DNA of 64,000 nucleotides, from contig NMRA01000052.1 in the NCBI GenBank assembly GCA_002633005.1, forward strand, positions 212,613 to 276,612. Reading direction: 5' to 3'. Made by a program: the position numbers and the translations under genes. Positions 11,916 to 24,900 of this stretch are shown piece after piece. The notes below the pieces were generated by a model. That model did not search any database, was not told where the DNA came from, and saw only the letters and a program-made list of their open reading frames with translations. Every line of letters begins with the position of its first letter. The first letter of the stretch is position 1. Source of the DNA: Phoronis australis (lineage: Eukaryota > Animalia > Phoronida).

Positions 11916-14900
11916 TTAAACCATGTACATGCCAAAGTATGTCATCGTGGTGTCCAGAGGTACGAGACTTACATTGGAGATTTTAACTCCCAATTGATCA
12001 CCAGCCTCAAGGTTCAGAACTGCTCCAACAAAACCTGTGTACTTTCCAAAGTCCTTCTCTTTTGACCAACAGTCTGTTTGCGCATGTTTTAAAACATCCG
12101 TGCCCTCGCTGGCCGGCAAATCGTCTGTATATTTATATACACTGTGCCAGACCACTTTGGGACCGTGGTTGTTTTCTGGTTGCGCAGGCCGGGCACTTTT
12201 GTAGAAAGTCTGCACGAAGTAAGTTTGGCTGTACACATAATATTGTCCAGGAATTTGGACAACCAGTCGTCCATCTTCGTAACCAATGCCTTGTCGAAAT
12301 GCTCCGGAATCTGCGAACGACCATTCACGAATGCTCTGACCTTCACCTACAAAATTCAAGCGAGTGAAAATGGGGCTTTAATTGTGTCAAGATCTAAAGT
12401 CGGGAGTGTGTGTAGACCGAAGGGTCGCTAATCCTCCGATTTTTTTCGAACTGTAGATTCTTTGTATTATAGACCTAATGTACGTCGGGTCGTATTCGGC
12501 CGTAAACTTATACTCAGAAATACTCATAGTCCAAAAAAAAAGAAAATCGGACTATCGACCCAGGCCGGGGGGCAGTCCTGGTTTCAGTGCAAGGTCTTTT
12601 GTAATCTTAAGAACTGCGTTGGTATTCACATTTCCATTCAGGTTCTTCATAGTCGGTGCGACACTGATCCCGGTGCACCATCCGATTACTTTTAGCAATA
12701 TCAGGCAGAGTTTCAGGCTGTTGACACGACTAAAGTCGCTTTAATTGCAAACATTTTCAATACCTTTACTGTGCAACACTTGAGGTCCCGTCCTCACCAA
12801 ATGGGCTGCTGGCCTCCTGCAGTCAGTCGAGGAATGGTTGCCATGGTGGCACGCGGTGTTTGATTTATGAATGCAGATGCCACGAGCTAAAGCGAGTTGG
12901 AAAATGATCATACACGTGAAAACATTAAAAAGGATGTTTCAAACAGCAAGTTCTTGCAGATTCAGCAAATTCAAACCAAGTATAACAAGGGGTAAAAATA
13001 AATACGCTGGAAAAAGTGAATCTGTCTACTGCTAGGTACAGTGTCGAATTCAAGTTTTGGCGGCTAAGGTATTTTTCATAGGTCAGACTCAGATTTTAAA
13101 ATCCTGTATCGTAAATCAACGCACTACAGTACGTCTCACCTCTTCCGGTAAATTTCCAAACTTCTGCCCCAGTATGTCTCTAAAAAGATAGCTCCCCGAT
13201 TAGCAAATTGATTTATATTTAGGTGGCAAATTTCCCTTTAGACTATACTAAAAACCTGTACCCTCCTTTGCGCCTTTACTGCCTTCACTGACTTTTTCGT
13301 TGGCATCTTTTTAAAAGTGCTGAAATTCATTTCATATTAAATGTACCCTTTTTAAGGTAGAGTCCGGATGACTTCTTGAGTGCGGGCGAGCAATTTTCCC
13401 CTTTACCCTCTATAATCCAGGCACTGTGCACTGACACTATTGCTAAATAGTTCAAACTGGCGCATATCAAACCCGTTGTAATTTTGTTAACAGTTTTGAG
13501 CACGCATTTATCGAATAGCCAGCTCCTCAGCTCGAAGAAACCTAGATAAACTATTGCAGATTCCTGCCTGATAGGACACAGTGGAAGCTAAAAGAATATC
13601 AAAACCAGAAAAATATTTCATTCACTTTTCCACGTGTAAAGTGCGTATTAGAAAGTGAAAGTGAAAATGCAGCTTGCAGGCTTTTCATTTTTTTTCCAAA
13701 CACAAAAATCTCGATAATCCGACATTTCTTTAGTCTCATTAAAAGATTTCAGAAAATCGAAAATAGACTCTAATTTTTGTTTTATTTTTTTTTCTCTGAT
13801 GCTTCCAATATGTAACCTGCTCGAGTTTTCCCCACGACTTCCTTTGTAAGCCAGTAATTTAGCGAAAATGACGCACGTATTCTTTGTTGAACGTCGCAGA
13901 CGAGATTGCCGCCATAAGATCGCATTTTAATTTATCAATCAAGAGTGAAAAGACTAAGTTGGCACAGCACAATTTGTACACCGGTGCTAAATTTTCAAAT
14001 TTCGAGATAGTACATTACGTTATGGAAACTTTCCGACTGAATAATCGTCTATCATAACTCATTTCCTCTTCTCTTTTTTAGTTTTACTTTTCAACCCACG
14101 ACAACACAAGTTTTTAGATTCTTGGTGGTGTGTATGAAACGGGGCGTTTCTAGTCATGTAATTGTATATTTTTTTTCTACTTTTCTACTTTTAGAGAGAT
14201 TATCGTAAATTCCACGGCCACAAAAATTATTGCACAAAATTTGGAAATTTCATTCATTCATTTTGTTAATTACAAAAACGTAACTGGCATTTGCTTTCAA
14301 GTTTAAGATAACAAGAAGGAAAACTTTATTTTTTTCTTTTAATATCAAAATCTTCATTTCGAATAGTCGGATTCGAAGTCTAAGGGACCTTAACGGAATC
14401 CTTGGCATATTTTTGATGACAGCAGAATGATTAAGCAAAACTTTTAGGTTTTTAAGTTTCATAAGACTTTTCAAGTCTTGCTAGAAGATTTCCATGAAAT
14501 TCCAGGTTTCTAGAAAAAATACAACCACGTGACCAAAAGACACGATAATCATTTATGTATACAAAATTTTCCGCTGAGCAACAAGGATTTAAATCGTACT
14601 CTTTTATTTATTAAAAATTTAAAACACAAAAATAATGGAAGAAATGGGCTCCAAACGAAAATAGGCAGTTACCTTGAAATGCGTTCTTGGGGGTTTTCCC
14701 CCTCGTTTGGGGTTTCCCCCCTCGTTATGGATTTCATGGAAATGCGATCGAACAACGGTGCTTTTGATGGCAATTATTAACAATTTTCCACCAACTTACA
14801 GTACACACTAGGTCTGTACGACCAGAAAAGGCCCAATACGCACAAAATGTTTTCTTATACCGGTAGTTATAGTCATACTTGTGAGTTCAAAACGTTTCAT

Positions 14901-15949
14901 TGTGTAAGGCAGACGCACGACAAGGAAAAATAACTCCAGCATGGTAATATGTACATACAATGAGCTATACCAGGAGGTATAGCTCATTGTATGTACCAAC
15001 CTTAGTGGAAGTATTATTTAATGAAACGTTGGATATTTTCATAAAGCAAGATTATGCACATTGTCCAGTAACAATGTTTATCGAAGGCTTATACCATGCA
15101 GTTACTCAGCGTAGCAATGCCCACCTTTTATGATTTCCGTGTTCACATGCCGGTAGATGACCTGAGCAAGGAGAAACAGGCAATTATATATACATATTTA
15201 TACACCGTGCGTGCTAAGTATGAGTATAGGATGACAATATAGATTTAGACCCATTCGTCCTCACAAAGAAGGAGGTGAAATTGTCTTACTGAAACGTGCA
15301 CAGGGCCTTGTTTGTTTTAGACACACTTCGTTATCACCTAATTCTAGCCACACTGAACCCTGATACGATATCAAATAATTATCATTGTAAGTAGGTCAAA
15401 TTGTTTTTCCCGGAAAAGTAGCATACATCGGCTCCGTTCACCACCTGTTCAATTGATATCAATATCCTTCACCTCAGTCTCATTACGTTTGCCAAAATAT
15501 AGAACCGAACAAAGTGTCGGTTTATCAGTTTACCATCAAAATAAACAAACCGTATTGAGAAGCCTCATAAACTGGACTATGTCTCGTATGCAGCACTTGT
15601 TCTCTGTCACTTCCACATCAAAATAATCGGACAATTTGAAACCGCCGACCACGGAATTCTCGACGACACTACAATCAAAACAAAGCCCGCCTTCGTCAGT
15701 ATGCTGGACTCGTTTCAACGCTTCTACTGTCGTCTGCATCCCCTTCACGGTCCTGGTCAACTCTTCGTTTTTGGCGAATAGAATGGAAACCATCACTATC
15801 AGCGCGATAACTAAACTGACGACTACGCCGGAGATGATTTTGATGCTTCGCCAACCTAAAGATTTCGTCATGACAGCAGGAACTTTCTCACAGTCGTCCA
15901 GTATTCCAATACAACTTTCTTTGCTGTCTTTAGAGTTACACGATGCCAT
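11916..15949 (-). CDS. TNF-superfamily ligand, TRAIL/TNFSF10-like type II membrane protein (~330 aa). Exons 15949-15551, 13179-13140 (tentative), 12886-12764, 12346-11916
   Basis: Exon 1 has a cytoplasmic N-terminus, TM helix IISGVVVSLVIALIVMVSILF and a LCFDC..KCC stalk. Exon 3 has RPAAHL (TNF strand A). The last exon has GRLVVQIPGQYYVYSQTYF, DCWSKEKDFG, LEAGDQL and TYFGMYMV*. All introns are GT-AG, with phases 0/1/1. The 40-bp exon is chosen only by phase compatibility. Confidence 0.92.
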
Positions 15950-16031
15950 GCTGTGCAATGTAAGATTTTACGAAAACACGTTCAAAAATGAAGAGCAACA
16001 AAGCGACTGGCCGAATTTCTGTTTCCAGTAA

Positions 16032-16178
16032 TTCTTAGAAGATATATACTAGAGTCGTCGAGTGCGCATGCACAATGTATTAATCGATACCGTGCAATAG
16101 CAAATTTCCTGTCTAAAAATAGCTTTAATGCAGTGATAACGGTGTGTTATAAATGTAGATGTAGTGGTTTCACTTTTC
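16032..16178 (-). promoter_or_regulatory. Putative TNF-like gene promoter with TATA, IRF-element and GAS-like motifs
   Basis: TATATA at ~16043-16048, ~95 bp upstream of the ATG; GAAAAGTGAAACC (minus, 16166-16178); TTCTTAGAA (16032-16040). Motif matches only. Confidence 0.45.
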
Positions 16179-16232
16179 TTTTCATATGCTGTGAACTCAT
16201 TGTGGAACAAAGTTTCCTCGTTACTGCATGAT

Positions 16233-17152
16233 CCAGTGGCGGATCTAGGATATCACAAGGGGGGCAAACCACGATTGTAGATGCGCNGTTTGTCCTCCTC
16301 ATGCCAAGGAAATTTTTCTGTTTTTTCCTCCAAAAATCAAGCATTTTCTTTGATTCCTGAAGTATTATCCAAGAAAAAAAAAACAGAGAACGTATCAAAC
16401 AAGAAAAACTCCATTTATCAGAGACTCGAACTCACGACCTGGCGGTTAGCGCGCGCGTGCATCACCACTACACCACCACGACTTACCTGCTAATCTCATA
16501 CTAGGAGACCTACTTGTTTATGGTCCATAGCGTTTGCGCGCGAAACCTACTTCTTTTTGTAATGCTTATTACACGTTTTATATTTTGTGCAATCGGTTCT
16601 TAACAAATTTATTGTATTTAAAATAGTCTTCAAATGCCCAAAAGACCAAATCCGTTTTTCGTGTTGACAATAATGACGGGTTGCTTAGGAAATCGTCTTA
16701 AGTCAGTTTGACAAATAGAGAATTATGAGTTTCTGAGTGATTCACTAAGACTTCGATTACAATTCACATCTTACCAGCAGCTTCTGTTTTTTCATCGTCA
16801 CTCAGGTTCCATTTTCTTTAAAAAATGAAGTAAATTTTCTTCATCGCACAGTGGAGCAGACGACGGAAACGGGAGTCGTAATGCGCAGCGCCACTGCCGG
16901 TCGCCTGGGATATCGCGGTAGAGCCCGGCTATACTTAGCCATACTTCCGTTACGAATAAGCCGCGTTCCGGCCGAATTTGACACCCCAACCCTAAAACTG
17001 CACACATTTAAATCTTGTTTCATCCGTATAATTTTAATTATCGGGTTTAATTAATAAACTCAACATTTCCCTACGCTCTTGTCGTTTTATTTTTTTTGCG
17101 GCAGCCAAGGGGGGGCGGGCCCCCTGCCCCCCCCCCCCTAAATCCGCCTATG
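16233..17152. mobile_element. Non-autonomous TIR element containing a tRNA-like segment
   Basis: Ends CAGTGGCGGATCTAGG ... CCTAAATCCGCCTATG with G/C-run subterminal tracts. 16419-16480 on minus reads GGTGGTGTAGTGG...GAGTTCGAGTC (A/B boxes). Confidence 0.55.
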
Positions 17153-17889
17153 TGATCATAAACGTGAGGGTCATAGGCAACAAAATTAGTGTCTCAAACT
17201 GTCCCATGAAGAGGATTCTTAACCATGTTCAGAATTCCTAGTGGAGAGGGGGGTCGCTTCCCTCCCTCCCCCCAACGGATCCAGCACCCCGATAGCGAGT
17301 GGCACCGAGGGAGTGAGGGCAACACAAGCAAAAGTTGGCGACAACAGGGGTGCGGAAATGACCTGGGATGCCAAAAAAATCGGTTACACAACCGGTGGAG
17401 GGCGAAGTGGCACAAAGCCAGAGCCGGACTTATGATAAGTGGTAAAAAAGATGAGGAGCGACCAGGAAGAGTTTCGCACCGTCTTCCGCCCGTGGCGGCG
17501 GTAATCCTAACTACGCCACTGGTTACTGTTCGCGTAGACTAAATACTCGAGTTACAAAGTAATTATTAGAGAAGAACATTTTGGGCCATCAATGCGTGGA
17601 AGCAACTCACTAGTCCGAAGGTCTGCTAATAAGGCGGAACTGAGCCACAAAGCATTAAAATTCAATTATTGTCGGCATTTTACGAATCTCGCAGAACCGA
17701 CCGGAAACCATCGCGAGAATAAAGTCCGGTGATGGCTGCTCTCATTCACTTGGCCGGGATTACCAGTTGACCAGCAAAGACATTTGAGCAGGAAATCAGT
17801 CACACGCAACCAATAGAATGTCTCAATCAGCGCATCTTTTGCTTTCAGTATGTAATAAGTCTGATCATCTTTCCTCAACAGAGTATATG

Positions 17890-18141
17890 CATGCGTGAAC
17901 CCGGGGGGGGGGTGGGGCGAAGNAGGGGGAGCTCGTGGGGCGAAGTGGGCAAAAAGGTCCGCCTCAGAGAAACAAAAAGACAAAAAGTCCAAAAAAGTAG
18001 AAAGCATGACAAAAATCCACTAAAAAGGGAGGAATTCGGCGAATGCACAATTTATAGCTCTGAACGTACCCCGTTTTTTTAACAAAAGGTCCAAATTCTC
18101 AAAAACTCGAGCCCCCTATTTTTAACCTAGGTGCGCGCATG
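17890..18141. mobile_element. MITE family D (CATGCGCGCACC TIR), copy 1
   Basis: Ends CATGCGTGAACCCGG ... CTAGGTGCGCGCATG; internal ggcgaagtgggcaaaaa.gtccgcc shared with 59114-59368. Confidence 0.7.
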
Positions 18142-18519
18142 ATATGTACATGCATACAAAAGTTCACGAATTATACTATACTACCTTCTTCGGCGTCTAA
18201 TATTGCACGAAGTTATCCGCCTTTCAGACTTTGTTTGGCCCACTTACTCGGGGTAACATAAACAGACTGAGAAATATTGACGGGATTGTGATTGTGGTTT
18301 ACTATCGATCTCCTTGGCTCAAGGGACATCGGAAGCCACCTCTCCATCGAACACAATTTACTGAGACTCTTGACCAAACCATTTTAATTTTTATAGGTGT
18401 TGTACACTCCTATTTTTAATTGTTATCGGTTCTCCGATGATCGGGATTTTGCAACAAATAAATAAATTAAATAAAAATCATCAACCACGTATAACTTGCA
18501 ACAGAAAAAAAGAGTCCAT

Positions 18520-20410
18520 TGTCAGAATATTGGGAAAACTGTCGTACTATTGGGCTCTCTGAACAATGGGTAATTTGTTGGAAATACTGAGTTATTGTCA
18601 CGTTTATCCGGGTAAACATTGGACTGTCGGATAAATGGGCTGTCGGAAAATGGGTAAATTGCCGGAACAATGGCAGATCCGTAGCCACGGAGGTTCGGGG
18701 AGTTCGGAAAATGTCCAGCCCCAGCCTATCCGTTAAAGATAGGATATACATAGACAAAAGCCACAAAATTGTTGCAGCTACTGGTACTACTAACTACAAC
18801 GATAACTGGGTTAGAATTTGCTTCTGATTCAAAGCACTTCACGTAATCATCGGGCAGTACCCGCAAACTTCGCCCGAGCGGTGTTTGCGTAGTAGATGAC
18901 AGGATCGTGAAGACGATTAGAGGAGGTTTATGTTTGGGCATTGAACGCGCGTGGTCACTACACCATAAGGTAACAAGAGTTTAGAAGTAAATACTTATAC
19001 CTAGCTAAGCTATATAGCAGCGAGACAGCTCCCAAAAAGTACTGCGGCATGAATGCCTTAAAATCGACCAAGAAACAGAAGTGTTATCTACTATCTTGGT
19101 ATACTTGCTAGCATAGTACGGTAAAGTGCATGCATTTTCAATTTTCGAATTGAAAGTGATCGTCAAACATGTTGTCCATCCAGTGTCCACTTTGACAGTG
19201 GATTGGTGGATTGACGAGCATGCGCGAGCATGTGTGTGCGTTTCCTTTCTTTTAAATTCAGTACACGCTGATGGCGAGTTCACTATAGGCAGTCCTCTGT
19301 CGTTGCTCAAAAACCAGACAATTAACTGCACTGAGAAAACACCCCGACGAGCATGTTCACATTATTAGGAAAGAGTAGGCTTAGACCAATAAAGACTTTG
19401 GTCAATGAAGAAACTCTTCTCTTGTCAACTAGTCTTAATGGTGCACCCCATAGTAGCATGATGTTTTCGGAATAGGTACACCACTCAGTACATCTTATAA
19501 CCGAAGTATCGTTTGTTTTTGCATGTAAAAATATAAAAATACACCTGAGTCCGAAATTTTAGATATTTTCGGAGTAGTGAACCTTCAGAGTAATGAACCT
19601 TCGGCGAACTATTGAACCTTCGGAATAGCGAACCTTCGGAGTAGAGAACCTTTGAAATAGTGGGCTGTTCCCATTTCCAGCCATGTGAGCAAGTTAAGTA
19701 ACAAGCAAAAGAACAACCAGATAAAAAAATTCGTCAAGTCATTCTCCGACTAAATATTTCCGTCCATGATGTAATCACTCAAATTTAAAAGCACGCCTGA
19801 TTTGAAAGTTTAGCAGGAGGTAACACGAGAGCGTTCTGGATCACATTATAGGTGAATTTGAGTCCCGCTTTTTGCGAGCAACCGTTACGGCATCCTCATT
19901 TCTAGTCTTACAAATTCCGTCTCATCTCAAGAACACAGAGCTGAGAGTCATCGTTGTGTGTACAGATTTCCCTTCCATCTGATATAAGCTGCATCAAGGC
20001 CCTACCGAAAACTTTACAGTGTCGACGTTTGCAAAACATCAAAGGTCCATCGTTTTAGAAATTCGCACAATGCTCGCTACGGACCTAAATGGGCTGTCGA
20101 AACAATGGATCTTCCGAACAATGTGCTGCCGCAATATTGGGTTTTAGGAATATTGGGCTGTAACTACTCAAGGCATACTTTGAAGCCCGATTTCTCACGC
20201 GGAGGAAACCCGAACAACGTGTATTAGTACCCGGCAGGCGGTTGTTTTCGGAGGCCAGGCATACTCTTGCCGTGCTCCACTGCGTCTGACAACCGAAGCA
20301 TTGTGTGTCATTGGATGTAGAAAAAATATGAAAAATACACCAGAGTCCGAAATCGTATACATTTTCGGACTAGTGCACATTCGGACTAGCGCGCATTCGG
20401 AATATTGCCA
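18520..20410. repeat. Four short arrays of ~16-bp units (18520-18725, 19545-19672, 20078-20165, 20325-20410)
   Basis: Units such as gaaccttcggaatagc and tgggctgtcggaacaa. Arrays at 19545 and 20325 share the leader aaaaatacacc.gagtccgaaat. Confidence 0.6.
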
Positions 20411-21970
20411 TTTGAACCGAATGCGTCCAATCCATTTATGGTCTGCCACTTTTACGTTTTTTACCTCGTTTTACTTGTCATGGAACATGACTTCATACGT
20501 CCAACATCCAAACCAGAAAAACATGTGCGTTAATGGTGACTTGTTTGTGAAACGTAAACAATCACTGTTTTGTTTCTGTGTTTACTGAACTACCTGTACA
20601 TAACGCTGTGGAGCTTGTGCTAGCGTTGCTGTGCGCGAGCTTGGAATCCTGTTTAATCTCAAGATCGCCTATGCGTGAACTAGGCCTTGAATATTCATTT
20701 GGTTGAAATTTTTGTTCACTGTAAAGACTTTTTGTAATTATTGGTCTCAAGATCATTCATTTTCTCCTTTAGCGTAACTTGTGTCAAAGAATCGGAGGAA
20801 TACGTGAATGGTTAAGTCAATTATTGTTTGGTGAATATGATCGCCAATACTTGAAAAAGGATTGGTTAAAATTTACTTTATTTTGTCATCATGTAATTTG
20901 ATTTAGTACAGTGCAATTTTTTATCAACGTGAACGTGATTATTTGATTGAACTTGTCCAGTTGGCCATCTTATTCACATCGCCGACAATGCATAATGAAA
21001 AGTAAATTAAAGTCGTTTCAAATGTCGAAAACGAGCAACTGGAAGCAAACTCGGATTTTGGATTTTCTGTTTACGAATTAGAAATACGTTATTGAACAAA
21101 AGTTGGATTTACCATTTTCCTTTTGCATATTGAAAATTGGATTGACGCTGGAATGCACCTAGAATATAAACACATGTCGTGAGATTTTTCTCTCATAGCT
21201 TTTCGCATTTAGGTGTCGTTTGGTTTTGTGATTATAGAATAAATGTAAACCAGACCTATGTATAACATGCAAATATATTCATGTCATAAAGCATACAGTG
21301 CAAAGCTTGATAACACTTTCTCGCGAGAATTAGGCTACATCTTATTTTGTTTTGATAACATGCATGCGAAGAATCCAACAAGATATAGTGTTCTACGTCT
21401 TCGAATTGAATGCGTGTAAAACAACATTAATGACGCCCAAATTCTAGAAATGGTATAATTGTAAAACCGTCTATATCTCATCTCGAACACGTGAATTAAC
21501 ATCTGCCGGCACGTTACTATCAAGGACTCAAATTTCGACCACATTTGACCCAGTTACAAGCATTGAGTAAATTGCAGCGATGTACCCAGAAAAGTGAACT
21601 TTCAAACTTCCTTGACGTTTGATCAGGAACAAGTGCGTGTGCTGTATAATTTTGATACAATTGCATAAGTTCTTGGCACAGTCACTAAGTAGCTCGTATT
21701 TGTTATGAACGCGTTCATTAGACAAGCAATTTCATGTACAGAGACTATGTTTACGAACCAGGGATGAGTATGCCTGTCGTTCAAGTAAAATTCCGCCAAT
21801 ATCACAAAAATCTAAGTGCGGAGAATTTGCGAATGTTAGAACGTATGTGACCGCCGACCCGGCTCAACACGTCCACTGCTGATACATTGCTGCTGACGTC
21901 ATGCAACAATCAAAGATATCCGGTGGGACAAAACTGAAGTTTCCACGCATGCAACCCAACTAAGGAAAAA

Positions 21971-24900
21971 TTATAGAAGTTCGTCTTCGCAAGCCTCAAT
22001 AAAAAGCTCCGAAATCCTCTCAAATTTACCACCATTTTGGATTGCATCAACGGTATCTCTTACAAAGGCGTCTTTCGGCATGTTGGCCGTTAAATTTGGA
22101 ACTGATTCATGGTCAACAATCAAAAACGGCAATATCATCATAGCGAACATAACACCATACAGTTTCGAAGCACGGAAATGACTGTGAAACTGCTCGTACG
22201 TGTAAGGTGGAAAATGGAATTTCAACTCTTTCACGTGCGCCATAAAGTGGTTGTAATACAGACGAAGCAAATCCCCCATGTGTTTTTTTCTAGTGTCCCT
22301 AGTCGTGCTTGTATATAAGAAACCGACCAAGTCAATCACGGGATTTTGGTAAACAACCATCTGAAAATCAAAGAATTTAGTGCATACGGGCTTAGGTTTT
22401 CCGTTAACAGTTTCGTATTTGAACATCATATTGCGGCACGTGGTATCTCTCATGCATATAGTTGCATAAGGCTCTTTGGGTGCTACCAATTGCTGACAGA
22501 GCTTCATCAAATGATCACTTGATTCTGGTTCAAAAAGTTTAGATTTTTCAACAACAGACTCGTTTTGAGATCCCTGTGCCGCCATTTTAAGCGAGATGCA
22601 CATTGACAAATACAACATTTCACCAATCAAGCTATGCATAGCATCGCTGTGCATATTTTCATTAAGCGAAAATGCAAATTTGTCAAAACCTTGAGTTGAT
22701 TTTATAGCAAACGAAAGGGCGTGTAATTTAGCAAATTCTTCCATTACTAGTGCGCAGTGGTCAAGGTCGAGGCCATCTCTGATGCTCGCCACTTTGTACC
22801 CCTCGTATCTGAGGTCATTCATTATAAACCAAGGGGGATATTTTTGATCTTGGATAAATCCCGTGACAAATCGCGGAATTGACAGATTTAGCTGTTGGGC
22901 TCCGTTCTGTTCAGCATAGCGTTTCATCTCAGGGAACAGCAGCTTGTACGTCTGAATCTCTTTGGAGTACACCCCAAGCTTCCTGGTCACTTTGCCGATA
23001 TCAGTATCGTTGGGAAAGTCTGTCTTTACGACCAAATGGAAATCTTCTTTCTTCTCTTTTGAACTTGTACGAACTTCAACCGCTACGTGGATACCCATGC
23101 AACCGTCCCCTAGAATGATGCGAATTGGATTGAAAACGATGACATAACCTCAAGAGGTGTCGCTTCATCAGAGTATACGAAGTTATGATGTATGTTAAAA
23201 TTATGGATTAAAGAATCTAAAAATTCCAGACCTGTCGTGTAAACAGGCTGCTGGGTGTTCTTTACTCATAGTTAGCACTAAGACAAGTGCGAATTGACTG
23301 ATTCTTCCACTTAGTCACGTTTCTCGACAAAATGATGCTGGACGGATGAACGCCAACGCTCCTTGTTTTTGTCATTCGTACGGATAATTGGTTTTGCGTT
23401 AAGTAGAATAATTAATGACTGAAACAGAAAAACTGAGGAGAGCTAGTTTTCACTCGTTTCTCACTTGCGTACGTGGTGTGACATGTAAAGGTAGACGTTT
23501 TTCGAGTGGTCTTTGAATTTACAGAACTATCAAAAGCAGTCTTTCTTAAAAGAAACTTCATGTCTTTAAATTTTGTGACATTCATTTAGAATGGTGCATA
23601 TACCGCCTTCTCAGTCAAAAATTAACTTTTGAATCGAACCACTTGAAGTTATAATATGGGTGTCAGATTACAATTTATTTCTGGGCTGTTGGATAACTGA
23701 CAAAATTCGATATTGCTCGAGAGTAGACTCAGGAATTGAGCATGATAAGGCCAAACAAAAAAATGGTGGGACTCCGGCTGATATCGGCTAGAAGCCAGAC
23801 CCCACTGAAAGTAGTCAAACAACTTGTCAAATCTGCGACATTTCGCGAGTCTGCATACAGAATAAAGTGGATGTTCAAATTTCAGAAATTAAGCCCATAG
23901 AATTGTGAGATATGTTACCAGCTTGCAAACGCAGCATCAAATCAATACACTAGTAACTTACAAGGTAGTCTCTACACTGTCTGATGCTTTGGTAAGTCTA
24001 TTTTACATCTTCAAATGATGAAGGAAAGTTTTTCTCCTTAATGTCATCTGAAAATGTGAAAGATTTGCGATTGATTGCCAAGACTTGCCTTTTAATTTCA
24101 GAAGCAAGAGCAACGCGGAGCATTGAAATACGCCCACAAATGCACCGCAGGGGTGTTTATTTGTATCATGAAAATGGCCACCAGATGGTGCAAAATACTT
24201 GGAATTCATCCAAACTCGACCCTCTCCCACCGCCGTCTTCGGCGAATGAAGTCGATTCCGGCGGAACCTACCCAGTCTCCGGACAGTCCTGATTTCAGAG
24301 TGGTAATTAAAACATTTTATTGAATCACGATTTAATTTTCTAAACATTTTAGTGTCGTTTAAGATGTGTTTCGAAATTTTAAATCTAACCGACGTTTTTA
24401 CCCTGACTGTCTAAGCCCAGTCGCGAATAGCGGAAACTGATTTCATTTCCTCGGAATGCCGAATACGATGACACCTAAACATAGTGATGCTAACTCGATT
24501 TTATTTTTTGGTAACTGATACTCGTTTCTGTCTTTTCTGTTCCAAACTGATGAAAGCTTTGTACCGTTGTCATTCATCGATCATTTCGGTCCAGTGTCCG
24601 ACTCCACTAGAGCCTCTGTGTCGGCTGCGATCGTGAGCTCAGACGTTTTAATGGCATCTACATCCCATTTTCTACTACTGGGCATTGACACGGATAGCAT
24701 GCTTCCTCACAAAATCTTGAACAAGGATAGACTGGTGCAAACTTACTGCAGTCACATCAGTGCATTATCTCAGTCACAATATTTGATGCTGATGCTCATA
24801 CTTAACATGTGCCTGACAACGAAGTTCCCAGCAATGGTACTTAAACGTTGGAGAAACAGTCATGAAATCTCCGTTTCTACCACAGATCGAAGCACGATTC

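Noticed and set aside
11706-12431. Several overlapping ORFs around the TNF terminal exon
   Set aside because: Alternative or antisense frames of the TNF exon plus a GC-rich repeat.
16419-16480. Functional tRNA gene
   Set aside because: A and B boxes are present, but there is no convincing acceptor or anticodon stem and it is embedded in a repeat.
19545-19672. CRISPR-like look of regularly repeated gaaccttcgga units
   Set aside because: Units are ~16 bp and contiguous with no unique spacers; no cas genes; eukaryotic context.
21971-23098. Long intronless kinase ORF as a bacterial horizontal transfer or retrogene
   Set aside because: A phase-compatible upstream coding exon at 26970-26829 completes an ordinary animal EcKL gene.
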